A DNA stretch of 64,000 nucleotides from assembly GCF_026571515.1 (NCBI RefSeq), contig NW_026867008.1, positions 1 to 64,000 on the forward strand. The letters run 5' to 3'. Source of the stretch: Ruditapes philippinarum (Eukaryota). The position numbers were made by a program, and so were the translations under genes. The notes below the pieces were generated by a model. The model was not told the origin of the DNA and ran no database searches. It saw only the letters and a list, made by a program, of their open reading frames with translations. Numbering within the stretch: the stretch's first letter is position 1; every line of letters begins with the position of its first letter. Below are positions 39,423-51,360 of this stretch, in pieces.

Positions 39423-40208
39423 ATGTCGTCTGCTATTCGTCGGCGTCGGACTTCCAGTCTTGTCTCACCGACTGACCTATCAGCACCAGACGGCATACCC
39501 GAATCTTGTTTGTTGATAGAAAGGCAAATATCATCAGAGGGAGCAAAGCGTGAAAAATATCGATATCAAAGCGATATATCGGTCGATTCTTTTAGTTTGA
39601 CAGACGATGATATCGAAAATTGTGAAAATAGAGATGAGCATGACGACAATGTGTTTCTTGACTCTGAATATAGTCAATCTAATTATATTTGTTTAGATAG
39701 AATACCCAATCAAGTGTTTCCATCAACACGTGCTACGGTGACGTCAGTATCGTCTGATGTACAGAATGATCTGCCTCTGGATCTGCGAAATAAGCTTTGC
39801 AGACGAATTTCTGACATGACCCAGGAAACTGGTACACATCGTAGAGTCTGCAACAGAAGAAATTACACAAATACTAGAGAAAGATGGCGTCAACAGAACG
39901 TCAATACCGCGTTCACTGATCTCAGACGTCTGCTACCAACACATCCACCTGATAAAAAACTAAGTAAAAGTGAAATTTTACGTTTTGCCATTAGGTACAT
40001 CAGACTTCTTTCAAATGTCGTAGAGTTTCAAGAAAATGACAAGAAAAATTGTGAGTCAGATAAAAATCAAAATGAAGAAGGTCCGTGTTTTAGAAATCGA
40101 GGACATGACATAATGAGAATGGAAAACGTGCGGATAAGGTCTAATATGTCGTCTGATTTAAGCTCCTCCCCTGAAGGTTACGGGGAAAGCATTGGAGAAG
40201 ACGACTAA
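39423..40208 (+). CDS. TAL1: TAL1/SCL/LYL1-family class II bHLH transcription factor (261 aa, single coding exon)
   Basis: Acceptor gtcatttcag|agATG; b[55 protein letters not shown] carries the SCL-diagnostic [10 protein letters not shown] and [11 protein letters not shown]. Confidence 0.9.
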   Translation: MSSAIRRRRTSSLVSPTDLSAPDGIPESCLLIERQISSEGAKREKYRYQSDISVDSFSLTDDDIENCENRDEHDDNVFLDSEYSQSNYICLDRIPNQVFPSTRATVTSVSSDVQNDLPLDLRNKLCRRISDMTQETGTHRRVCNRRNYTNTRERWRQQNVNTAFTDLRRLLPTHPPDKKLSKSEILRFAIRYIRLLSNVVEFQENDKKNCESDKNQNEEGPCFRNRGHDIMRMENVRIRSNMSSDLSSSPEGYGESIGEDD

Positions 40209-41418
40209 ATAAACTTGCCCTTTGCTTTCATCAAATCATATATCTACATATTTACGCTTCCGTTGAAACATGTACACAATTAAAAAAAAAACGTTCAGCG
40301 GCGGAGTATTAGTATGTATATTATACACTGCTATACATGCAAACTTTAAGCTTTTTTACAAAATATTATCCAGTCTTTATCATATTATTTTATGAATTGT
40401 GCACATTGTTGATACTTTGATGAAACAATACAATAATCCAATGTTTTTTGTCAACTTCTTACGTACTTGTTTTCATTGTATGATGGAGAAATCACGGTCC
40501 TTTTACATACAAGCAATATGAAATAGATAATGATGTTGTTGGAATTATTTATATTTGTTCATGGACTTTTACAGAAGCGTGTATCAGTAGAATCAGCTTC
40601 AGAATATATCAGTAATTCAACAAAATAAACATTTCTACAACAGTAACTGAAAAATATTGAGAAATATATCAACTTTGAAAAAAATATGTTTGCGCCGTGC
40701 AACCTGGGGTTTATCATACTACGTATATGTCACAGCTGCAAACTTGTACATGTATATAAAACAATTCAATGTTTTTATAAAAGTAGCTGAACTAGATTAA
40801 CAATTTATCAATAAATATCTGAAATAGTTTCTTTTAAGAAATATATATTGTATTTACATGTATTTTAAGATACCTTGCCTTGACATATAGATGTTGTATT
40901 GTTGCCTAACTTTATACATATAACAGAAATAAATCTCCATCTGATCCTTATTTATTACTGGTTTCTAATTCCACGTACGGTTGGTTGTGTTTATTTCCCG
41001 TTAAAATGCGGGGCTGCCTATAAAATCATTATAAATAGTAGAGAATTTCTGCACGAGGTAACTTTATACTTCTGGTGAGAGGCTGGTATCGTTCTGTTCT
41101 GTTCTGTTCCTGTATATACTGTATTTTATTTAAAATAAAGATATCTTTAAAATCGCAAACATTTAATTTCAAAATAAAAGAGAAATCTACAAATCGTATG
41201 AGATTTATTATCTTTTTCTATTACCTTACAAATGAAATATTGAGAAAAAATGATGAAATAAAATGCGTTATTTTCACTTTAAAATTTATTTTTCACTGCT
41301 GTCTTGTCGGACTACTTCTTTTAAAGTCACCCAGCACACATTATTTAAGGAAAATTATTTCAAAATTATAATGTCAAAAAGAGACAAATGTATATACTTT
41401 AAAGAAAATTCAAGTTTT

Positions 41419-41535
41419 TTTTTCTATAAATACAGCATTTACATTCATCTTGTGGAATGAAAATTTTCATATTTCACTACCGCCACTCGATGAAAGTAAA
41501 TTCTGTATTTATAGAAAAACTTAAATATCCTCTAT
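41419..41535 (+). mobile_element. Terminal hairpin of a decayed hairpin-ended element
   Basis: tttttctataaatacagcatttacattcatc (41419-41449) pairs with gatgaaagtaaattctgtatttatagaaaaa (41489-41519); loop includes ctaccgccactc. Confidence 0.45.
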
Positions 41536-43136
41536 TTCATTCTTTTTCTTTTGAAGATTCAAAAAGCTTCATCGCCCGTTTTCTTTATTTGAATTACGTT
41601 GGGAATTGCGATGTTTAAGCAAGATGCATAAACAGTGTTATTCTATAAACTTAAAGATAACATTAACTAAAAAAAATAATAGTCTTAAAGCAAAGTTTAG
41701 TGCATGATGATACAGTTATATAAAATTAAGATTTAGTGATGTATGGTGTTGATGTTGTGGTAGTTTAATATGCCACACTTCTATTTATTGACACAGTCTC
41801 CCGGTTCACTTTGTTACATCTAATCCTGTTTAATATTCATTACAGTCTCCTATAAACAGTTTTCGTTTGACACTAGGCGGCGCTATCACGAAACATTTCA
41901 ACAAAACAATATGTCGATTGACACGTGCCTATTGTTTAAATATTCGTTTCTAATAAGAAATGTTATTTTTTATCAATTATTCTCTGATTGATAACATCCC
42001 AATCAAATCAGTTGACAATACGTTCGGGATTATACAGATGTTAGAGGTATGATAAGGGTTCTCGCGTCAAAGAAGAATGTCTAATGTTGGTTAAGTTTTG
42101 ATTAATTTGTGCATTAAACTACCACAGAAAGAAATCCGACTTAAGTCTCCCGGATCCACTTTTGTTAAATCAATCAATGACTGCCTTACACTTAAATATG
42201 CCTTAAAAGTTATTTTCATTATATGATTAAACCCGTGCACGATGAATATACCGCAAAGTAGATATCAAAAAATACTTAATTCAAATTGGAAATTAACATA
42301 AATCAGGAGGAACTATTATAATAAAGCAATTCTGTCGTAAACAACGTTGGGTTATAAATTTTGGAATGTGGTTGCGAAAAAATGAAACATAAAAATTTCT
42401 ATCATAAATAGAAAAATGGTATTGCACCGGCCGTGTATACATTTTGACGTGACGTCATTTTCGTTAAGGAGCAATAAATGTTAGCGTTATACATTGAAAA
42501 TGGTCCTTTTCATTCTTTTACCAGTTTCAAATTTTTGGTCTTTTATTTTTGGGCAAAGCTGATATAGGAGACTAGATTTTCAGAATTATGTTTTAAGTTT
42601 TTTAAAAATCAAAACATTTATTGAACTTTACAAATTATTTCCATAATATCCCACTCATTTATCAATCATCTAAAGTGCAGTTTGCACTTACAATCCCGGC
42701 AGAGCTAGCGGGGGCCCGGCGATCCATAATCGGACCCGGGGCATGTGCGTTAACTAGTTGCGGGTAAAGTCAATGAAAAATTATTCTCACTTAAACTGTC
42801 TCGGTTTGGTTCCTTTTCAGTCTACAAACGAAAATCGAAAAATACCCCAAATAAGCCAGAGCTCGCTAGATGTCAAAATGGTTCCTTTTCAAGTCCTCAT
42901 TCTTTTAAGGAGTGACTCATTTTGTTTCCTAACAGATTTTTTGGGTTCTGCTACAGTTTCTTGAACGAAACTCAATGACCACGTAGCTAGACCATCTTTA
43001 GCTTCTTTTCCACTGGTAACGTTATAGTAATTTTGTATTTTTGTATGGAAGATCAAATATTTTATTTATGTTTTGATACTGGTATGACAAATTATTTCAC
43101 ATTTAATATTCCTACCTTCATTTGATAATCATCTAA

Positions 43137-44240
43137 AGCTGCAGTTTCACTTACATCCCGGCAGAGCCCCGGTAGACGTCCGGGGTGATCCGGGAACGAC
43201 CAGGGTACGACCGGGAACAACCGGAGTACATCCGTAACTCTGCCGGCAACGTCCGAGATGATCCGTGAACATTCGGCATTCGACCCCGGATGGAATAAAA
43301 TATTTAATATCACCGGGGTGGTCCGGGTGATCCGAGAAGTATCGCTTTGCCGGCTTAATCCTTAGCTCTGTCGGGAACGACCGGGGTTACACAGGGGAAT
43401 TAAGCACCGTAGCTCTGCCGGCACAAACCGGAGATGACCCGGGGTATGATACAGCCGGTAGAGCTATGGTAGCAAACTCCTCACAGTGATTACCTCCCTT
43501 GACAGAATTGTAATCACTGCCTTCAAAGAGGTCACATGATGATGAAAGTCACATGACGTAACGTCGAAATTCAAATGTAAATATCGACCGTTACAAAGAA
43601 AATCTAACGTTATTTTTCTCTTTCTGTTTTATTTTTAACTTTTGGTGCCTACGTTCGATATAGTTTATCAAAAAATTATCGAAAGTATACAAAATAACGA
43701 AAAATAAATTCAAAAGCTAAAAAATATAAAATATCAAAATATCGTCTCGGTAGAAAATAATCTCATAATTTTTAAAATTATTTCTAAATATTCATATTAT
43801 TTATTTATTTATTCATAAACATTGTTAAATAAATGAGAGAAAACTTATCTGATATATAAAAGCAGTAGATAAAACAATTTTTGAAAAAATATAGTATATC
43901 AGAAATTCTGATATATTGGGACCTTGGTGGCAGAGATCTACGCCGAAGAATTAAGGGGAGATCACTGTGTGGAGATTGCTATGGTAGAGCCCCGGTAAAT
44001 GCCGGCAGAGCCCCGATAAATGCCGACAGAGACCCGGAGGATGCCGGCAGAGCCTCGGGGGATGACGATGGAGCTACGGTTGATCGGCAAAGCCCGGTTC
44101 ATTTCAAGTCCAGTCTTGCATAAGGATTATTCAGAAAACCATCATGAATTACTTACTGATGTTATATTTAATCAACGTAATCATTTTCGCGCGTTTTCAA
44201 TCCACCGGGGTTCTATCGGGGCTCTGCCGGGATCGTAAAC
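43137..44240. mobile_element. GC-rich PIF/Harbinger-like MITE (right end truncated) with nested insertion
   Basis: taa|agctgcag start; ttacatcccggcagagcccc is inverted at 44218-44239; many ccccgg/ccgggg subterminal motifs. Confidence 0.6.
43470..43981. mobile_element. Nested MITE with TAG...CTA termini (Academ-like)
   Basis: Imperfect ~30-bp TIRs tagcaaactcctcacagtgat / revcomp tagcaatctccacacagtgat; TSD TGG (or ATGGT if the ends are shifted 1 bp); removal restores host 'gagctatggtagagcccc'. Confidence 0.75.
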
Positions 44241-44704
44241 AAAGAAGTTTGGCTTCCAGACAAAAAACTAATTCATATTAAAGACTGTACAAATGTACTT
44301 ATTGCCAAAAAACCAGCAGATGAAAAAGATGGTTCAGGCTGGGACAGAAAGATAAATTTTAGTCCCAGGTACAGGTAATTGACTAATGAGTAACTTTTTG
44401 CATACTATAAAAGTACACCAAAAGTAAATTTAAAAACTTTTTTATAAATAAAAATAAAAACATTTGTTGAGGCATAATGTGCTTTTAAACAAAATGCAAA
44501 GAAATTCTGAAAGATATCTCAATATGAGCTTCAAAACAATTACTAGTACTAGTATAGTACTGAATCCGCCAATCCAAAGCACACTTAGCATTTACAAAAT
44601 AGAAGATCAACGTACACTTTACATGACACATATACAACTAATGACATAGATTAGTGTTCAATGTTGTTTTTCTTTTATCTCTGGAATAAACATAAATTTG
44701 ATAA

Positions 44705-46156
44705 CTACGGAAGAGCATTTGTGCCAGGTGTATTTTTATTAACTCGAAATTTTGATTTATTAGCTCGAAATTTCGACTTACAAACTCGAAATTTCGACTT
44801 ACTAACTCGAAATTTCGACTTACTTAACTCAAAATTTCGACTTATTTACTCGAAATTTCGACTTACTAACTCGAAATGTCTAGTTATAAAGTATAAGCCC
44901 ATAAACTCTTTGTTATTTAGCTCGAAATTTCGACCTATTAACTTGAAATTTCGATAGATATAGAACTCGAAATTTCGACTTGCGTAACTGGTAATTTAGA
45001 CTTATTAACTCGAATTTTCGACTTATCATCTCGAAATTTCGACTAACTTGAAATTTCGAGTTATAAACTATTAGCCATAAGCTCTTTTTTTCATGGAATG
45101 AATATATTGTTATCTTTTGTTCTTTTTACTGTTATATAGCCCCTTTATCAAAAATGTTTGCTCGGACGAACGGACAAGGTGGCGACTATAGTCGAGCATA
45201 AAAAAGACAGAAAGACACAATTACTGTCGTATAATAAGCCTCGACGTGCAATGAAAAGAAGTGTGGTTGCAAAATTTAATTTCTCCATTTATTAGGATTC
45301 TCTTCCAGAGTCACAATAAAGTTTTACATAATAAATTAAACTTCACCAAACAAAACATAACTATGAAACCATTCGTGAGTAATTGATTGGTCATTATGTT
45401 TAGTAGCTATTCACTCTATATTAAGAACGGTGATGTCGTCGCTATAACATTCCTATTATATATGACGATCATTGGACAAACTGTTCTCAAGTTATGTAGC
45501 AGGTGCGGCTGGAAGGTGGTTACTACACATACAGTGACTTTTGACTAGAATCTCATGAAAAATTTTCATTTGGAGAAAGTGCGAAATCGTGACAAACTAA
45601 AGCAATAACTACCTTTATATGTGTCTCCAGGAAATTGGGGTGGGGGCTTAAATCGTAGAAAAAATAGCACCATGATATACACAATGACTAGATCTAAAAG
45701 AAATACAAAAATGAAACAACAAAAATATAGAGGATAGTTGTCATTGAAAACAAGAACAGACAACTCATGATCATATAATTTTACTTAAAGCACCTAACCA
45801 ATTAACACAAATGTGTCTCACAAGAAGCAATATGTTGTGCATAAATATATGTATCTTTTTACTTTGAAATAATATGTCTTTAGTAAGTTAACTCGAAATT
45901 TCAAGTTAGTAAGTTGAAATTTTCGAGTTAATAAGTCAAAATTTCGAGTTACGACGTAAGTCTAAATTTTGAGTTAGTGAGTCGAAATTTCGAGTTAGTA
46001 AGTCAACATTTCGAGTTAATAAGTCGACATTTTGAGTTACGGAAGTCGAAATTTCGAGATAAGTAACTCGAAATTTCGAGATAAGTAACTCGAAATTTCG
46101 AGTTGCTGACTCGAAATTTCGAGTTGATAAAAACTGGCACTAACGCTCTTCCATAG
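44705..46156. mobile_element. Foldback-like structure: inverted ends each followed by arrays of ~21-bp repeats (aactcgaaatttcgacttatt)
   Basis: ctacggaagagcatttgtgccag vs revcomp ctatggaagagcgttagtgccag; arrays at 44740-45062 and, inverted, at 45885-46126. Confidence 0.7.
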
Positions 46157-46489
46157 ATATCCGTCCATCGCCGATTTGATATTTGGAGAGAGAATGACTT
46201 GTACGCGCTTCTGCAAAAAAGGTACCATACATTTCATGAATAAAATATGTGTGGTACAGGGAATTATGAAATATTTCGGCTGTTTCTTAATTTTATGCTT
46301 TAGTTTGATTTTTTTAGACGAGTCTTGTGATATTATACTATTTCTAATCACAGGTTTTATTGAAAATTCATGAAATGGTGTAGATATATTTAGTTGTATT
46401 TAACCTTGTTAAAATTTAGCATCCCACAACAATGAAAATGACTCAGTAGCATCGTGCGGTAGCCTCCCTTGCAAAAAGTCACCCGATAA

Positions 46490-46690
46490 GGAAGTGACGT
46501 TCGTATACTGAAATCATTTCAATAAATGGAAACAAGTCGCAATTAAACAATTAGTTTATTGCCCTGTTTGAAGATTTTCGAGTGTTTAGATAATCAGACA
46601 AAATGATTTTATATTGTATGTGATATAAACCTGTGTATATCGCGCAAGTTCAGCAGAAACAGAAAGTTGATTGAGCGTCCGCCATTTTGG
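46490..46690 (+). promoter_or_regulatory. RAB10 housekeeping-type promoter motifs
   Basis: ggaagtgacgt (ETS-CRE-like overlap, 46490-46500) and ccgccatttt (YY1, 46679-46688) just upstream of ATG 46721. Confidence 0.5.
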
Positions 46691-46720
46691 CATATTTACC
46701 GTTTAGTTAGTTAGATTAGA

Positions 46721-46847
46721 ATGGCTAAAAAGACATATGATTTATTGTTTAAATTGTTGCTTATTGGTGATTCTGGCGTTGGTAAAACCTGTTTGTTGTT
46801 CAGATTCTCTGATGATGCATTCAACACAACATTTATATCCACCATAG
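46721..46847 (+). CDS. RAB10: Ras-related protein Rab-10, exon 1
   Basis: [43 protein letters not shown]|gtaaga (P-loop; Rab10-type N-terminus). Confidence 0.96.
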
Positions 46848-46996
46848 GTAAGATGCATATCCCCACCCACTTTCATTTCTGAAATTTTGTCTAAGAGAAA
46901 AATGCCCGACTTAATCTGTATGTGTGTTGACTTATTCAGTTCAGTTCAACCCATTTGTAGCAAGTAAACTCTAAATGTGACAAGAGATGAACCATA

Positions 46997-47373
46997 TGTC
47001 ACAGTGCGAGAAAAACGTGTACCTGGCTGGGACTTGAACCTGGGACCCTTGGAATACTGTATCGCGGCTCTGCCGACTAAGGTATCTGGCCGCTTACACA
47101 TCTCCCCTAAATAGTTCTAAACCATGACATACTCCACTGCTATATTGAAATTATTCCTCGAATTTCACAGAGTTACAGAGCAATGTAAATTAAACTCTGA
47201 GCTATAAACAGTCACGGTCCCCCGTTGGGCGGCAAATGTCACAGTGAGAAAAATGTGCAGCATGACCACGACTCGAACTGGAGACCCTCTGAATACCTTA
47301 CAGCAGCTCTTAGTCTTACCCGGCCACCTACACATCTTCTCCCCTAAATAGTGAACTATTTTGAACCATGACA
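46997..47373 (-). mobile_element. TRIM (miniature LTR retroelement) with tRNA-like sequence in each LTR (Helenus-like)
   Basis: Direct repeats 46997-47129 and 47237-47373, each TGTCA...TGACA; minus-strand PBS tgccgcccaacggggga 2 nt after the 5' LTR; purine-rich gcagtggagta before the 3' LTR; A/B-box-like motifs and a T5 run in the LTRs. Confidence 0.8.
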
Positions 47374-47663
47374 TAAATGTTATTTCTAGAAATCCAGCCC
47401 CCTGTTTTTAACATTTTAAGTTCTCTTTTAAAACAACTCTTTTTTAACTCTTTTGCGATTTTGACGCGCATACATGTCTACGTCCCTGTGAGGGGTTCAG
47501 TGGAAGATAGATAGATTAAAAATCCAATTTAAAAAAAATTCTGTTTCTTGTATTATATGGGGTTTTCTTATTATTGGGAATGCTTTAAACTAATGAAATG
47601 GCCAGTTTGGGATCCAAAACATATATTCATTGTGGCACTGCTTTACACATGTCAATAAACTAG

Positions 47664-48723
47664 TAGAGCTGTGATTGATTTAGTGCAAAGTATATCAACG
47701 ATATATCAGTTTCAGATGACAAATATTGTCATATATATATATCGTAATAATGTATGATTACTTGTCAATAACTCGCTTTAATAACTGTTTAACCCATTAC
47801 TTCATGAGCATTTTGTGAAAAATGGCTGTTTTCTTTGAAAAGTCTCCCGTTACAAGTTCAAATTGCTATAATACTATAAAAACTGCTTCAACACTAATCA
47901 AACTTGGCACAAATGTTGACTGGACCATTGCCCTTGCAAAAACATGCTCAGGCTTAAATTTTTTGTTACCATGGCAACGAGGGGACATCTCAAAATTGCC
48001 AAAAATCACTATTTTGCGTTGATTTTTTACATCAAAATTGATTTCAAAAGTGCTGCAACTTCTCAATAGATTGAGATAGAGTCAAATGCTTTTCAGCGTT
48101 GGTTACACGTTACCTTATGATCAATCTGGGGTCATTTACAGCCTCTCACAAGTCCAAAATTTTCTTGGCGATGAGGGGGACTCCGCCCCCCTTCAAACCC
48201 CCCAAACAGAAGGGGGCACATCCCCCTTCTGGCAACCCCCTGATGTATCTTTTGGTTGGGGTGCCGCGCCGAAAAAGAGGTCACTTTTTTAACAACATTT
48301 CTCAAACAAAAGCAAGTGTTTGGGGCCTAAATAAGGCATTTTTTCATCATTTGAGACAACAAAAAAGGGGGGGGGTGAAAAAGGCGTTAAAAGGCGTGTA
48401 TATGAAGTAATGGGTTAAATGATTTCAGTATAATTATTCTATTCATAAAAGTGTCTTGTTTATAGACGCCAAAATTTTTGCATGTTTGATTGTTTTTCTC
48501 ATCATTGCTATGAAAATAGGTCCATTTGGTAACAACAGCACCATTTTAGATATGGCCACCTGCTTCTGTATATGTTTTGGGTGATTATTCATAAATTCTA
48601 GACATTTAATTAGTCAAAGTTATCTATTTTTTCAAATTTATGTGTATCCTTTATTGATCAACATATAAATTTAATTAAAATATTGACAATACATTGATAT
48701 TGTTTCTGTCGATGACAGCTCTA
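47664..48723. mobile_element. hAT-like MITE interrupted by a piggyBac-like MITE
   Basis: TIR tagagctgtgattga / revcomp tagagctgtcatcga; TSD not recognisable. Confidence 0.5.
47793..48414. mobile_element. piggyBac-like MITE
   Basis: TTAA on both sides; perfect 13-bp TIR cccattacttcat / atgaagtaatggg. Confidence 0.9.
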
Positions 48724-48904
48724 GCAGATAAAAAATTGGTGTTTTTAAATATCGGTCAAACCTGATAAATGAGCTAAAATTTTTATTTTAATCATTACAG
48801 ATGTATGTTTAACTGTGTTATTGAATTATGAAACACAATTTTTTTTTGTGAAAGTTTGATAAGGCATCTTGAAAGTGGCACTGATGATTTGAAGTCTTGT
48901 GTTG

Positions 48905-49125
48905 TACTGTCGATAGAAACAATATCGATGTATCATTGATTTTTTTCTGACTGTCAATCAGTAATCAGTACACATTTTAAAAAACAATTGATAATTTTGA
49001 CTTATTAATTAAATGTCTAGAAATTAGGAAAATTCACCCAAATATATACTGAAGCAGGTGTCCATGTCTAGCGTTATCTGTTGTTACATATTGGCAATAT
49101 GTTACAGCAATGATGACAAAAAATG
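48905..49125. repeat. Inverted, diverged copy of 48490-48720 (second MITE end)
   Basis: e.g. tcacccaaatatatactgaagcaggtgtcca is the near reverse complement of tggccacctgcttctgtatatgttttgggtga. Confidence 0.75.
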
Positions 49126-49699
49126 GTCTGGATAAAAATCATGCAATGGGCTTTTATAAACAAGACACAGCCAATTTATGTTATGGACACATCTTGTCCT
49201 GTATTATCTTTTGAGTTTGAGTTGTTTACATACTACAGTGCTTATCAAAAGTGTTAATTAATATGTATAGACATGTTTACTTTTGATTTAGATCAGGAAT
49301 GAAATGTTCATTGCTGTTTATTTGTTAATATCATTTAAGTTAGAAGCTGCTTGGATACATGTACTTTGTGATATCATTGAATAAGGTAGTACAGTACTTG
49401 ATACACAACAGAGTAGTCTACTTGTTGGAAGTTTTTGTAGTGATAATAGCCACTATGATTGCTGATATAATTTATAATAGGGAAGACAATATGATTTGTT
49501 ATACCAAAATATAAATAATCCATAATGAGATAAAAAATACTTCAAATTTTATATAATATTTAAGATAGAGAAGAATTTAACATTCATTGTATATTGTATA
49601 AACTTTTATAACAATTTTACAAGTTATCTTAATTGACTAAACAGAAATTCAAAATACATGTACATTACATAATATACAGAATTTGTTTGTTTATTGCAG

Positions 49700-49760
49700 G
49701 AATTGACTTCAAGATAAAAACTGTGGAACTTGGTGGGAAGAAGATCAAGTTGCAGATATG
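49700..49760 (+). CDS. RAB10: RAB10 exon 2
   Basis: ttgcag| [19 protein letters not shown](W) |gtttgt. Confidence 0.95.
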
Positions 49761-49897
49761 GTTTGTATTTTATTATTCTTAAATAACATCTTATTAATCC
49801 TGTTTTCTAAATATTACCATATTATATCATATGTAAAATGTCAAAGTGTGGGGCTGAAATAATAGAGAGAGTGTCCAAGTATTTGTTCAGGTAATAA

Positions 49898-50040
49898 TAT
49901 AAATAACCATTGGTGTCTGAGCAACAAAAAATATCGTCCCTTGTAAAATTACTGTTACCCTCGGCTAACGCCTCTAGTAACAGTATTTTCCTCAGGGTGA
50001 TATTTTTACTGTTATTCACAAACCTGGTGTTATTTATATA
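49898..50040 (+). mobile_element. Imperfect long hairpin of a hairpin-ended element
   Basis: tataaataac...aaaatatc...tactgttac [cctcggctaacgcctcta] gtaacagta...gatatttt...gttatttata. Confidence 0.55.
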
Positions 50041-50719
50041 CTGTGATCAAGGGATTTCAACTAAGCTTTTATGGAATGATAATCATTAAATGCCCTTTTG
50101 CTTACATGTGTTGTCATGATTTTTTGATATTCAATTTTGGCAGAGTTATGGGCCTTTGATTGTTGCCAGATATGTTATACTTGTATATGTATTGTCATGT
50201 TTTTCATGCTTGTTTTATTTCACAATTGTATTGTTCTAAAGTACACATAATGCGGCATTTAGTTATTTACTTTTGTGAAAATAGCACAGTATATAAGTGT
50301 GTTTGTCTTTCAAACTGCTTCTAGATCTACTTCCTTGTGGTAATTTATACCATATTCATTGTAAACAGAATATAACTACTCTAGCATTAGTAAGATATGT
50401 TATAATGTTTTAATGAGAACATTTTGAATGTTGACAAATATCACTGTCATACTGTTCCTTTACCAAACAAATGTTAACACAGCAGAATAGAGGTAAAGTA
50501 ACATCACTTGTGTACAAAGTATGTTTTTTTATGTCCTTTATTAAAAGGGTTTTAGGTTTAATGTGAATATTCCATTTATCAACAGTTCTTCTCTGTATAA
50601 TATTGATATTTATATTGTTGTTGTTTTTTCATAGACATTTGTTGATAAAAGTTGTAGTGAAACAATTATATTGAACTGATCTTTGTTATTTTAATTAAAT
50701 CAACTGGTGACAACAGTAA

Positions 50720-51040
<321 letters not shown>

Positions 51041-51074
51041 TGATTAAGACTTTGATGCTAGCCTTGTAATAGAA

Positions 51075-51360
51075 AGAGCATCGAAACATGAGGCTATCTG
51101 GTTTGTACGAGGGGGCGTAGCCCTTGAGTATTAATCAGATTGCCGAGTGTTTTGATGTTCTTTCTCTTTTGTATTATAGTCAAACATAAAAACACGTTCC
51201 CTGTTTTCACAATATGAAACTCCATTAAAAAGTAACCAATGAACGAGCATCTGAATATGATATTTCTGTCGCTTTCCCTTTCTCTGCCGTCACAATAAGT
51301 AAACCCCAGCAAAAATGAGCCAATCAATGGGCATGCTCTGGAGTGCGGGTAACTAATACA
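51075..51360 (-). mobile_element. Decayed hairpin-ended element, reverse orientation
   Basis: catcgaaacatgaggctatctggtttgtac pairs with gtattaatcagattgccgagtgttttgatg around loop gagggggcgtagcccttga; far boundary approximate. Confidence 0.45.
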
